Source: an uncultured delta proteobacterium
GTDB taxonomy: Bacteria; Myxococcota_A; Polyangia; Fen-1088
NCBI GenBank assembly: GCA_963767925.1
Contig: CAVYGB010000008.1
Span: forward strand, 96,001 to 160,000
Direction of reading: 5' to 3'
DNA length: 64,000 nt
A program made the position numbers and the translations under genes. A model generated the notes under the pieces. That model was not told the origin of the DNA and searched no databases. It saw only the letters and a list, made by a program, of their open reading frames with translations. Positions 9,145 through 18,787 of the stretch are shown here, one piece after another (position 1 is the stretch's first letter; each line of letters opens with the position of its first letter).

Positions 9145-12093
9145 ATGCCCCGCCTCGTCAAGCCCTCGATCCTGGTGATCGCCTGCGCCTTCGCGCTGGT
9201 GGCGTCCTGGCGCGGATCCCCCGCCGCGCCCGGGGGGCCCCCTCCGCTGGCCGCTCGGGCCGCCCTGGCCGGCAGCCCCCGCCGCGACCTCGGCGAGCTG
9301 CCGATCTTGACCCGGGCGCTCTTCCAGGTGAACGAGGCCTACTTCGACAAGACGCGCTTCGCTCCCCGGCGCATGTTGCTGGGCGCGCTCGCTTCGCTCC
9401 AGCGCGAAGTCCCCGAGGTGATCGTCGAACCCCTGCCCGAGGTGAACCCCCGGCAGGTGCGGGTGCGGGTGGGCAGCGGCGAGCAGCTCTTCGAGGTGGG
9501 GCGGATCGATTCGCCCTGGAGCCTGCGCAGCTCCTTGCAGCAGATCCTCCGCTTCGTGCAGCCGCGGCTCTACCCCGGCCGGGCCGAGGAGGAGGGGCAG
9601 CGCTTGCTGGCGATCGAGATCGCCGCCACCAACGGCGTCCTCGCCACCCTCGACCCCCACTCGATCCTGCTCGACGCCGACAGCTACCGCGAGATGCGCA
9701 GCCAGACCCGGGGCCGGTTCGGAGGGGTGGGGATGGGCCTGATCGACGAGCGCCGCCGGGGCATCGTGGTGCGGAGCCTGATCCCGAGCACCCCGGCGGC
9801 GCGGGCCGGCATCTTGCCGCGCGATCGCATCGTGCGCATCGACGACGAGTCGACGGTCAACATGACCGTCGCCGACGCGGTGGATCGGCTGCGCGGCGAG
9901 GTGGGGGCCGGGGTCGACATCTACCTCGAGCGCCCCGGCGAGCGCAGCCCGCGCAAGCTCACGGTCGTGCGCGAGATGATCCGCCCCTCCAGCATCGAGC
10001 GGGAGCGCGTATTGACCAGCCGGGCCGGCGCCGGACAGCCGGCCGCGAAGATCGGCTATTTTCGCATCGAGCACTTCAGCGCCAGCACGGCCAGCGATCT
10101 GCTGGCGACGCTGGGGCGGTTCCGGCACGAGAAGGTGCAGGGCGTGATCATGGACCTGCGCGACAACCCGGGCGGGCTCTACGATCAGGCGGTCAAGGTG
10201 GCCGACGCCTTCATCGACGCCGGCACGCTCGTGTCGATGGTGGGGGTGGGCGGCGCGCAGCGCCGGGACGAGATGGCCAGCCCGGGTGGCTGGCTCGACC
10301 TCCCCCTGGCGGTGCTCGTCGATGGGCGCTCGGCCAGCGCCTCGGAGATCGTGGCCGGGGCGGTCAAGAACCTCGACCGGGGGGTGGTCATCGGCGACAC
10401 CACCTTCGGCAAGGGCTCGGTGCAGCTCCTCTTCGATCTGCCGGCGCCCGGCGGAGCAACCGCCGCGAGCCGGCCGCGCCCGGCCGAGGAGGCCACGCTC
10501 GGCCTCAAGCTGACAACCGGCCAGTATCTGACCCCGGGCGACGCCTCCATCCAGGGGATCGGCGTCGCGCCCGACGTCGCGCTCACCCCGCTGCAGGTCG
10601 ATCGGCGCGACGGCGCGACGACAATCCGCCTGCAGAAGTCCGCCCACCGCCGCCAGGAGGCGGATCTCGAGGCCCACCTCGAGCAGCTCGGCAAGAGCAA
10701 GGCCACGCCCCCCGACCAGGCCATCGCCTACCTGCACGTCCCGCCGCCCGGGCTGGCCGCTCTGCCGTCCGGGGACGGCCAGGACGGGGAAGACAGCGAA
10801 GACGGCGACGCGCCCGGGGGGCCACCGCCCGAGGAGGTCCCCGACCTCCAGGTCCTCGAGAACCACGTCGACTTCGCGATGGAGCTGGCCCGCGACCTGC
10901 TGGCCCAGACCCGCGCCACGAGCCGCCGGCAGATGCTGGCCGGTTCGGCGGCCTTCTTCGCCCGCGTGCGGGCCGAGCAGGACGAGCAGGTTGCCCGGGC
11001 CCTGGCCAGGCTGGGGGTGGACTGGAGCCGGGGCGCCCGGCCCGGGCCGGCGGCCGACGCCGCCATCTTGCGGGCCAGCCTCGCGGTGGTGGGAGACGGC
11101 CGCCCGGTGCCAGCCGGCGAGACCGCCCGGATCCGGGGCGCGATCCGGAACGCCAGCGCGGTGCCGGCCCATCGGGTGCGGGTGGTGTGCCGGAGCGCTA
11201 ACCTCCTGCTCGACGAGAACGAGATGGTGTTCGGGCGCATCGGCCCCGGGGAGACGCGCACGTTCGATCTGACGGTGAAGGTCCCCGGGCGCAGCGCCAC
11301 CCGGACCGACACCGTCGCCGCCCAGGTCTTCGCCGAGGGTCCCATCCAGGCCAACACGCCCGAGGTGGCGTTCGACATCGCGGGCAAGCCCCGGCCGCTG
11401 TTCGCCTACCGCTACCGGATCGAGGGCGGCGCGCGGAAGGGCGAGCCGGCCCGCCTCCTCGTCACCGTCGAGAACATCGGCCCGGGGGCCGCGCTGAGCC
11501 CGGAGGCGAGCCTGCGCAACCGCCCCGGCCAGCCCGGCATCCTCATCACCGCCGGCCAGTTTCGCTGGAAGGAGCTGGCCCCGGGCGCGACCCGCGACCT
11601 CGTCTTCACCTATCAGGTCGGCCAGGCCTACCCGCGCGACCGCTACCAGCTCGAGCTGAGTGTCGGCGACACCCTGCTCGACGAGTCGATCACCGGCCGG
11701 ATCGAGATCCCGCTCGTCGGCTCAGGGGGGGTGGCGTCCCCTCGCCCGCCGGTGCACGTCCAGCCCCCGCTCCTGACGGCCCAGGCCCCGACCGTCACCG
11801 GCGCCTCGACGGTCCGCCTCACCGGCCGGGTTGTCGACGACGAGCGGGTGCGGGACGTCTACATCCGGGTCTACAACCGGGAGGCCAAGCTCCCGCCCCG
11901 CAAGGTCTTCTACCAGCCCAACCGCGGCGAACCCGCCGAGATGGCCTTCGCGACCGAAGTGCCGGTCCGCCCCGGCAGCAACGTCATCCAGGTCTTCGCC
12001 CGCGAGAGCGGCCAGGTACAGACGGTCGCCACCCTGGTGGTCTTCCGCAAGACGCCCACCGTCGCCAGCGGCCGCCTGGTGCAGGGCCGCTGA
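9145..12093 (+). CDS. Large S41 C-terminal processing protease (MXAN_5808-type) with PDZ and C-terminal Ig-like domains
   Basis: TLDPHS, PDZ (FGGVGM...TPAARAGI), DLRDNPGG, catalytic SASASEIVAGA and TFGKGSVQ; AGGAG RBS. Confidence 0.9.
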   Translation: MPRLVKPSILVIACAFALVASWRGSPAAPGGPPPLAARAALAGSPRRDLGELPILTRALFQVNEAYFDKTRFAPRRMLLGALASLQREVPEVIVEPLPEVNPRQVRVRVGSGEQLFEVGRIDSPWSLRSSLQQILRFVQPRLYPGRAEEEGQRLLAIEIAATNGVLATLDPHSILLDADSYREMRSQTRGRFGGVGMGLIDERRRGIVVRSLIPSTPAARAGILPRDRIVRIDDESTVNMTVADAVDRLRGEVGAGVDIYLERPGERSPRKLTVVREMIRPSSIERERVLTSRAGAGQPAAKIGYFRIEHFSASTASDLLATLGRFRHEKVQGVIMDLRDNPGGLYDQAVKVADAFIDAGTLVSMVGVGGAQRRDEMASPGGWLDLPLAVLVDGRSASASEIVAGAVKNLDRGVVIGDTTFGKGSVQLLFDLPAPGGATAASRPRPAEEATLGLKLTTGQYLTPGDASIQGIGVAPDVALTPLQVDRRDGATTIRLQKSAHRRQEADLEAHLEQLGKSKATPPDQAIAYLHVPPPGLAALPSGDGQDGEDSEDGDAPGGPPPEEVPDLQVLENHVDFAMELARDLLAQTRATSRRQMLAGSAAFFARVRAEQDEQVARALARLGVDWSRGARPGPAADAAILRASLAVVGDGRPVPAGETARIRGAIRNASAVPAHRVRVVCRSANLLLDENEMVFGRIGPGETRTFDLTVKVPGRSATRTDTVAAQVFAEGPIQANTPEVAFDIAGKPRPLFAYRYRIEGGARKGEPARLLVTVENIGPGAALSPEASLRNRPGQPGILITAGQFRWKELAPGATRDLVFTYQVGQAYPRDRYQLELSVGDTLLDESITGRIEIPLVGSGGVASPRPPVHVQPPLLTAQAPTVTGASTVRLTGRVVDDERVRDVYIRVYNREAKLPPRKVFYQPNRGEPAEMAFATEVPVRPGSNVIQVFARESGQVQTVATLVVFRKTPTVASGRLVQGR

Positions 12094-12175
12094 GGCTCCG
12101 GCCGCGGTCACCAGCGGACGGCGTCGAGGTAGCGCCACGATCGCGCCGTCGAGGCCGACGTCGTCAAGGGCGGCC

Positions 12176-13834
12176 TCAGGACAGGGTGGGCCCGTCGCGC
12201 TCGTCGGCCACCGCCGCGAGCACCTCGGGCAGGTTCACCGGCTTGACCAGGTGGGCGCAAAAGCCGGCCCGGGCCGAGCGCCGCCGGTCCTGCTCCTGGC
12301 CGTAGCCGGTGAGGGCGATGAGGCGGGGCGCCTCGCTGCCCAGCTCCTCCCGGATCTTGGCGGCCAGCTCGTAGCCGTCCATGCCGGGCAGGCCGATGTC
12401 GAGGATGGCCACGCTGGGGCGCATGAGGTGCATGTGGCGGAGGGCGGCCGTCCCGTCGTGGGTCACCTCCACGTGGTGACCCACCTCGCGCAGGATCTCG
12501 GCCAGCAGGTCGGCGGCGTCGGCGTTGTCGTCGACGACAAGCACCCGCTCGGCCCGGGTCAGGCTCTCCGCCAGGAGGCCGGGGAGCCCGGCGGGCGGGC
12601 GGGGCGGGCTGTGCGAGGCGGGCAGCCGCAGCCGGAACTCGCTGCCTTTGCCGGGCCCGGCGCTGTGGGCGGTGACGCTGCCGCCGTGGAGCTGGATGAG
12701 GTTCCTCACCAGGGCCAGGCCCAGGCCCAGGCCGCCTTCCCGCCGGTGGATGGTTGGGCCCGCCTGCACGAACAGGTCGAAGATCCGGGAGAGCTGGTCG
12801 CTCGAGATCCCGACGCCGTCGTCGATCACCGAGAGGACGATCTCGGCGGCCGGCAGCTCGACGGCGCCCTCCGGCCCCGCGCGCCGGCCCCGGACCTGCA
12901 GGTGGCCGCCGGGCTCGGTGTATTTGGCGGCGTTGGTCAGCAGGTTGGTGATGACCTGGGTCAGCCGCATGGGATCGGCGTCGACCAGCAGCCCCTGGCC
13001 GTCGAGGTCGATCGTGATGCTGTGGCTGCGCTGCTTGATGAGGGGGCCGGCCGCCTCCACCGCGCCCGCCACCACCGTGGCCAGCTCGAGCGGCTCCTTC
13101 TTCAGCTCGACCTTGCCCCGGGTGATGCGCGAGATGTCCATCATGTCGTCGACCAGCGTGACCAGCCGGCTGACCTGGCGCTCGATGACCTCGATCTCGG
13201 GGGTGGTGGCGGCCGCCCGCAGCTTGAGGAGCTGCAGGGCGGTCACGATCGGCGACAGGGGGTTGCGCAGCTCGTGCCCCAGCATCGCCAGGAACTCGTC
13301 CTTGGCCTGGCTGGCCGCCTGGCTCTCGCGCATGAGGCGGGCGGCCTGCAGTCCCCCGGTGACCAGGCTGACCGCCGCCCGGATCAAGACGAGCTGCAGG
13401 GTCGAGGGGAAATCGGGGGCCCGCGAGCCGAACAGCATGAAGCCGCCCTGCCCGAGGAAGCCGATGGGGGCGCTGGTGGTCCGCAGCGGCGGCAGCGGGG
13501 GGACCTCGAGCGGGTCGCCGCTCCGCTGGGCGACCAGCAGGTGCGGGCGCAGGGCCTCCAGGCGGTCGGCGGCGTCGGCCTGACCGAGGCGGAGGACCTC
13601 CAGCCCGGGGTCGCCGGGCTGGTCGGTGTCATGCACGGCGTAGGTCAGGTCGAGCGGCAAGAGCGCCTCGAGCGAGCCGAACATCAGCTCGATGACCCCC
13701 CGGGCGTCTTGCCCCGACCAGAGGGCGGGCAGGGCGAGCAGGCCCAGGAGGTCCCGGATGCAGCGCTGCTGCACGCCCTGGGGATCGCACCCGCCCGCCG
13801 ACACGACCGCGCCCGTATGCAGATCGCCCTCCAC
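12176..13834 (-). CDS. Hybrid sensor histidine kinase/response regulator
   Basis: FLAMLGHELRNPL H-box, NLLTNAAKYT, DDGVG, GGLGLGL, C-terminal REC (VLVVDD, LDIGLPGMDG, KP). Confidence 0.95.
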   Translation of the reverse strand: MEGDLHTGAVVSAGGCDPQGVQQRCIRDLLGLLALPALWSGQDARGVIELMFGSLEALLPLDLTYAVHDTDQPGDPGLEVLRLGQADAADRLEALRPHLLVAQRSGDPLEVPPLPPLRTTSAPIGFLGQGGFMLFGSRAPDFPSTLQLVLIRAAVSLVTGGLQAARLMRESQAASQAKDEFLAMLGHELRNPLSPIVTALQLLKLRAAATTPEIEVIERQVSRLVTLVDDMMDISRITRGKVELKKEPLELATVVAGAVEAAGPLIKQRSHSITIDLDGQGLLVDADPMRLTQVITNLLTNAAKYTEPGGHLQVRGRRAGPEGAVELPAAEIVLSVIDDGVGISSDQLSRIFDLFVQAGPTIHRREGGLGLGLALVRNLIQLHGGSVTAHSAGPGKGSEFRLRLPASHSPPRPPAGLPGLLAESLTRAERVLVVDDNADAADLLAEILREVGHHVEVTHDGTAALRHMHLMRPSVAILDIGLPGMDGYELAAKIREELGSEAPRLIALTGYGQEQDRRRSARAGFCAHLVKPVNLPEVLAAVADERDGPTLS

Positions 13835-13840
13835 TGGCTG

Positions 13841-14473
13841 TTACTGGGGTGGCACCCGGTCCGCCCGCCGCTCGCGCAGCTCGCGCAGGAACTCGTCGGG
13901 AGGGGTGTAAAACGGGTTCTCGTGGACCACGCCGCCGACCAGGGTGAGCGGATGGGATCGCAGGATGTCCATCATCATGGGCCCCTTGACCAGCGAGCGG
14001 TCGTAGATGCACACCGCCGGCTGGCGCGTCCGGGCCAGGACCTCGTTGACCCGGATCTCGTATTCGAGGAGCTGATCGCTGCCCGGGCGCCCCTGCAGGG
14101 CCCAGTCCATCTGGCCGGTGATGCGACAGCGGGGATATCCCTGCTGTCGCCCGGCGGCGATGACGGCGTCGAGGATCGCGAGCATCCGCGCCTGATCGAA
14201 GCCACCATCTTCGAGGTAGGCCTCGTCCCAGTCGAGCACCTCGAGCTGGCCGGCGTGCTGGCAGCGGGAGAAGTCGACCCCGCTGCGCTCGAGCGCGCGG
14301 CCGTGATCCTCCCGGGTCTGTGGGTCGATGATGGTGAGGACCTTCTCTCCGGCCTCGAGCCCTTCCTGGTAAAAAGGCCCCAGCACCTCGTATTGCTCGT
14401 GCCGGTTGCTGAAGAAACCACAGACGTGGAAGTAGCGCTCCAGCGTGGTTCCGGCGAGGGAGGCGGGCTGCAT
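13841..14473 (-). CDS. MEDS domain protein
   Basis: HVCGFF...PFYQEGLEAGEK, RITGQMDW, LLEYE, CIYD, DILRSHP...NPFY. Confidence 0.88.
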   Translation of the reverse strand: MQPASLAGTTLERYFHVCGFFSNRHEQYEVLGPFYQEGLEAGEKVLTIIDPQTREDHGRALERSGVDFSRCQHAGQLEVLDWDEAYLEDGGFDQARMLAILDAVIAAGRQQGYPRCRITGQMDWALQGRPGSDQLLEYEIRVNEVLARTRQPAVCIYDRSLVKGPMMMDILRSHPLTLVGGVVHENPFYTPPDEFLRELRERRADRVPPQ

Positions 14474-14636
14474 GTGGGCAAGCTTGACCCGGGAAACACC
14501 TGGCGCCAGACGGAATCCCCGTCCTCCGACCCCCTGGAAAACTACGTAGAGGGTCGCCCGCAGGTTTTTCGTGTGCCGCTGGCGAGGCGCCCCTGGCTGG
14601 CGGTGGATTGCCGCATCGCCGGGCCGGTGGCGGCCT

Positions 14637-15986
14637 TCAGGTCAGCAGGCGCCAGAACAGCGCCGCGAAGCCCAGAAACGCGGCGAACCCCACCACGTCG
14701 GTGATGGTGGTGAGGAAGATCTGAGACGACTGGGCGGGATCCCGCCCGAGCGCGCGCAGGGCCAGCGGGATCGCCGCCCCGGCCAGGCAGGCCACCACCA
14801 GGTTCACGATCATCGCCAGCGCCAGGACCAGGGCCAGGCCCGGGCTCCGGCTCCAGGCCCAGACGGCGGCGCCCGCCAGCACCGCCATGGTCAGTCCGCT
14901 GACCGTGCCGGCCAGGACCTCCTTGGCCATGAACCGCTTGCCGGTGCCCGGGGTCAGCTCCTGCAGGGCCAGCCCGCGCATGGCGACCGCCAGGGTCTGG
15001 GCGCCGCCGTTGCCCCCGATGGCCGACACGATCGGCAGCAACACGGCCAGAGCGGTGATCTGGGCCAGCAACCCCTCGAACAGGGAGATGACAGCGGCGG
15101 CGGCGAAGGCGGTGACGAGGTTCAGGCACAGCCAGGGCAGCCGGCGGCGGATCGAGGTGCCGAGGGGGGACAGCGCGCTCTCGTCGCCGCCGGCGCCCAC
15201 CATCTTCTGCACGTCCTCGAAGGCTTCCTGCTGGGCGGCGTCCAGGACCCGGTCGTGGGTCACGACCCCCAGCAGCCGGCGCTCCTCGTCCACCACGGGC
15301 AGGGCGAGCAGCCGACGCTGGCGCATCAGGGTGGCCAGCTCCTCCCGGTCGGTCGACGGCAACACGGACAGGACGTCGCGACGGACCAGCGGGCTGATCG
15401 GCTCTCCCGGCGCGGCCAGGATCAGCTCGCGCATGGTGAGGACCCCGACGAAGTGGTTCTCCCGGTCGGTCACGTACAGGTAATAGAGGGCCTCCTTGGG
15501 GGCCCGGCGCAGGCTCTCGATGGCCTCGTGGGCCGTGAGATCGACGGCCAGCGACACCACCTGGAGCTCCATCATCCCGCCCGCGGTGTCGGCCGGGAAC
15601 TGCAGCAGCGCGCGGAGCTGGTTGGCCTCGGTGGAGGGCAGGGCGGCCAGCAGGGCCTCCCGGTGGTCCTCCTCGAGGTGAAACAGCAGCAGGACGGCCT
15701 GGCGGGGGGCGATTGTCGCCAGCAGCTCGCGGGTCGGCTCGAGGCCCAGGTGGCGCACCAGGGCCGCCGCCGTGTGGGGTGGAAGCCGCTCGGCGATGGC
15801 GCCCGCCTCCCGGGTCGGCAGGACGCGCAACACGCGGGCCGCCTCGGCGGGGTCGGTGCGCTCGAGCGCCCGGGCGGCGGCCTCCGGGTTGGACTCGGCG
15901 AACGAGCGGGCCAGCTCGATCCAGGCTTCTCCCGGGTCGGGTGGGCTCGGCTCGTCGGTGGTGTCGGCGGCGGCGGTGATGTCCAT
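14637..15986 (-). CDS. mgtE: Magnesium transporter MgtE
   Basis: TAGGMM, CBS pair (YYLYVTD, LPVVD), RRLPWL, GGNGGAQT, DPA..S..F.TTITDVVG. Confidence 0.95.
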   Translation of the reverse strand: MDITAAADTTDEPSPPDPGEAWIELARSFAESNPEAAARALERTDPAEAARVLRVLPTREAGAIAERLPPHTAAALVRHLGLEPTRELLATIAPRQAVLLLFHLEEDHREALLAALPSTEANQLRALLQFPADTAGGMMELQVVSLAVDLTAHEAIESLRRAPKEALYYLYVTDRENHFVGVLTMRELILAAPGEPISPLVRRDVLSVLPSTDREELATLMRQRRLLALPVVDEERRLLGVVTHDRVLDAAQQEAFEDVQKMVGAGGDESALSPLGTSIRRRLPWLCLNLVTAFAAAAVISLFEGLLAQITALAVLLPIVSAIGGNGGAQTLAVAMRGLALQELTPGTGKRFMAKEVLAGTVSGLTMAVLAGAAVWAWSRSPGLALVLALAMIVNLVVACLAGAAIPLALRALGRDPAQSSQIFLTTITDVVGFAAFLGFAALFWRLLT

Positions 15987-16238
15987 GGGCCTGTCTTCTC
16001 GGTGTCACGCTACCAGGGTCCCGGTGGGTCCGCCTTACCGCCTGGTCGAACGACGGTTGCGCTTTCGTGTTCGCCGGGTAAAACCTCTCCGGCGCGGGGG
16101 GTATCAGAGAACGGGCGAGGCTCGCGCGCTCCGGGATGTCTCCAGCGCCGGTGGCTGCGGCGCAACTCCGGACGCACATCTCCAGGAAGATCCCGAGAGC
16201 TGAGACGAACACATGGAACCCCCGGCAGTCACGCTTTG

Positions 16239-17600
16239 ATGGATCTCGCCCCCCTCCTGATCATGCTGCGGCTGGCGCAGGCTGCCCCCGGTCCGTCCGC
16301 TCCGGCCGACCCCCTCCTGGCGCCCATGCCCGCGGAGGCCGAGACCCTCACCTCGTTCGACGAGGCGCTGGGCCGGCTGCGGCAGGGCTCCGACACCCTC
16401 GAGATCGCGGCGGCCCGGGCCCGCGCCGCCGCGGCCCAGAGCCGGCAGGCGCTGGCGGCGCTGCTGCCGCTCATCCAGGGCACGGCGAGCGTGAGCCACG
16501 ATGTCCTGCGGCCCGATTCGGCGGCGACGCCCGCGGGGAGCCTGGGCCCGGGGGGTGTCACCGTCGGGACCGGCGCCGGCACCCCCACCACGCCGCTGGC
16601 GGTCGGGCAGCTCTCGGCCCGGGTGCCGCTGATCGACGTCTCCGCCTGGCAGGGCCGCTCGGCGGCCCGGGCCGGTGAGGCGGCCGTGTCGGCGGACCGG
16701 GCGGACGTCGAGCGCACCCTGGTGCTCGCGCTGGCGAGCACCCTGATCGACGTCCTGTCGGCGGAGCGGGCGGCCACCCTGTCGCAGGTCGGCCTGGCCA
16801 ACGCCCTCGAGCGCGAGCACCTGGTCAACCGCACGCTGGAGCTCGGCACCGGCACGCGGCTGGATCTGGTGCGCGCCCAGCAGGACACCCGGCTGGCCCG
16901 GTCCGACGTGCTGGCCGGGCGCGAGCGGACCCTGCAGGCCCGGGAGTCGCTCGGGGCCCTGCTGGGACACCACCGCCCGGTGGGCGTGCAGGCGGGGCTC
17001 GACCTGGATCGGTCGCTGCATGCCTCCCGCAAGCTGTGCCAGGTGGTGGCCAGCGGCAGCCGCCCCGACGTGCAGGCGGCGCGGCTGCGCCAGCGGGCCA
17101 GCGAGGAGCTGGCCGACGTGGCCCGGGCCGACTATCTGCCCTCGCTGGCGTTGCAGAGCGCGGCCTCGGCGATCACGGTCTCGCCCGGTCCCCTGCGGGT
17201 TCCCTCCTGGACGGTCTCGGCGGTGCTCGACATCCCGATCTGGGACGGAGGCGGACGGGGCGCCCGCCTCGACGAGCGCCGCTGGCTGGCCCGGGCGGCC
17301 GAGCGGGAGGCCTTCCAGGTGGCCCGGACGGCCGCCGTGGAGCGGAGCCGGGCAGTGCGGGGCGTGCAGGTGGCGTCCGACCTGCTCGGCGAGGCCCAGG
17401 CCTCGCGGGATCTGGCCCTGGACGCCGACCGGATGACCCGCCGGAGCTTCGAGGCCGGGGCCGCGACGAGCCTGGAGATGGTCCAGTCGGCGCAGCTTCT
17501 CCGTCAGGCCGAGCTGGTGCTCGCCGCCCGGCAGTTCGAGCTGCACACGGCCCGCTTCGCGGCCCTGATCTCGGAGGCAACGTGCGACATCCTTCCCTGA
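16239..17600 (+). CDS. TolC-family outer membrane efflux protein
   Basis: Two OEP repeats (ALLP, ADYLPSL, IPIWDGG, FEAGAAT.LE); first gene of the RND operon. Confidence 0.88.
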   Translation: MDLAPLLIMLRLAQAAPGPSAPADPLLAPMPAEAETLTSFDEALGRLRQGSDTLEIAAARARAAAAQSRQALAALLPLIQGTASVSHDVLRPDSAATPAGSLGPGGVTVGTGAGTPTTPLAVGQLSARVPLIDVSAWQGRSAARAGEAAVSADRADVERTLVLALASTLIDVLSAERAATLSQVGLANALEREHLVNRTLELGTGTRLDLVRAQQDTRLARSDVLAGRERTLQARESLGALLGHHRPVGVQAGLDLDRSLHASRKLCQVVASGSRPDVQAARLRQRASEELADVARADYLPSLALQSAASAITVSPGPLRVPSWTVSAVLDIPIWDGGGRGARLDERRWLARAAEREAFQVARTAAVERSRAVRGVQVASDLLGEAQASRDLALDADRMTRRSFEAGAATSLEMVQSAQLLRQAELVLAARQFELHTARFAALISEATCDILP

Positions 17601-18787
17601 GCGATCTGGCCGCCACGGCGGCCCTCCTGCTCGCAGGCTCCTGCGAGGGCGGGCCGGCGGCGGGACCGCCGGTGCGGGCCCTCCCCATCGAGGTGCAGAC
17701 CCTGGCGCCCACGAGCGTGGAGGAGGCCTCGGAGTACGTCGCCAACCTCGTCTCCAGGCGCAGCGTCACCCTGTACCCGGTGGTCTCCGGCTACGTCCGG
17801 GAGATCGTGGTGAAGCCCGGGCAGGAGGTGAAGGCGGGCGAGCGCCTGATCCGCATCGACGCCCGCCAGGAGGTGGCCGCCTTGAGCCAGACCCGGGCCG
17901 CCCTCAACCAGGCCGAGACCCAGCTCCAGCTCGCCAGCACCACCCGCCAGCGCATGGCCGCCCTCCAGAAGGAGGGTATCCGCAGCCGCCAGGACTACGA
18001 AAACGCCATGGCCGAGGAGCAGGCGGCGCGGGCCAACGTGCAGGCGGCGCGGGCCAACGTGCAGGCCCGCAGCGTGCAGCTCGGCTTTCACGACGTGACC
18101 GCGCCCATCGCCGGCATCGTGGGCGACATCGTGGTCAAGGTGGGGGACAGCGTGACCCCCCAGACCGTGCTCACCCAGGTCGACGAGAGCGGGCGCCTCG
18201 AGGTCTCGGTGTCGGTGCCGGTCGACCGCGCCGACGAGGCCCGGGTGGGCCAGACCCCGATCGAGCTGCTCGACGACGCCGGCAAGCCCCGGCTGCGGGC
18301 GCCCCTGTTCTTCGTGGCGACCCGGCCCGATCCCCGGACCCAGCTCGTCGAGCTGCGCGCGGCCTTCGAGAACGCCTCCGGCCTGCGCTCGGGCCAGCGG
18401 GTGCGGGCCCGGGTTGTGTGGCGGGTGTTCGAGGCGCTGACCGTGCCCACCTTCGCCGTCACCCGCCAGAGCGGACAGGCCTTCGTGCTGGTGGTGCGGC
18501 GGGCCCGGGCCGGGGAGGCGGGTGGGGGCGAGGTTGTCGAGCGGCGGGCGGTCGACCTCGGCATGATGGCGGGCGACCGCTGGACGGTGACCTCGGGCGT
18601 GCAGGCGGGCGAGCGGGTGGCGGTGACGGGCCTGCAGGCGCTGCGCGACGGGCAGCCGGTCACGGCCCGGGCCGCGCGCGAGCCCGACGCTGGGCGGGCG
18701 GATGCGGCCGAGCGCCCGCCCGACAGCGCCCGCCCGACCGGCGCCGCGGTGGCGCCGGCCCGCCGCCAGGCCCAGGGAGCCCGCTGA
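17582..18787 (+). CDS. RND efflux periplasmic adaptor subunit
   Basis: Lipobox-like LAGSC, lipoyl halves (P.VSGYV.EI.VKPGQ.V; APIAGIVG), F.N..GLRSGQ. Confidence 0.92.
   Translation: MRHPSLSDLAATAALLLAGSCEGGPAAGPPVRALPIEVQTLAPTSVEEASEYVANLVSRRSVTLYPVVSGYVREIVVKPGQEVKAGERLIRIDARQEVAALSQTRAALNQAETQLQLASTTRQRMAALQKEGIRSRQDYENAMAEEQAARANVQAARANVQARSVQLGFHDVTAPIAGIVGDIVVKVGDSVTPQTVLTQVDESGRLEVSVSVPVDRADEARVGQTPIELLDDAGKPRLRAPLFFVATRPDPRTQLVELRAAFENASGLRSGQRVRARVVWRVFEALTVPTFAVTRQSGQAFVLVVRRARAGEAGGGEVVERRAVDLGMMAGDRWTVTSGVQAGERVAVTGLQALRDGQPVTARAAREPDAGRADAAERPPDSARPTGAAVAPARRQAQGAR

Noticed and set aside
15987..16238. M-box, fluoride or Mn riboswitch upstream of mgtE
   Set aside because: No recognisable consensus; kept only as a weak structured-leader lead.
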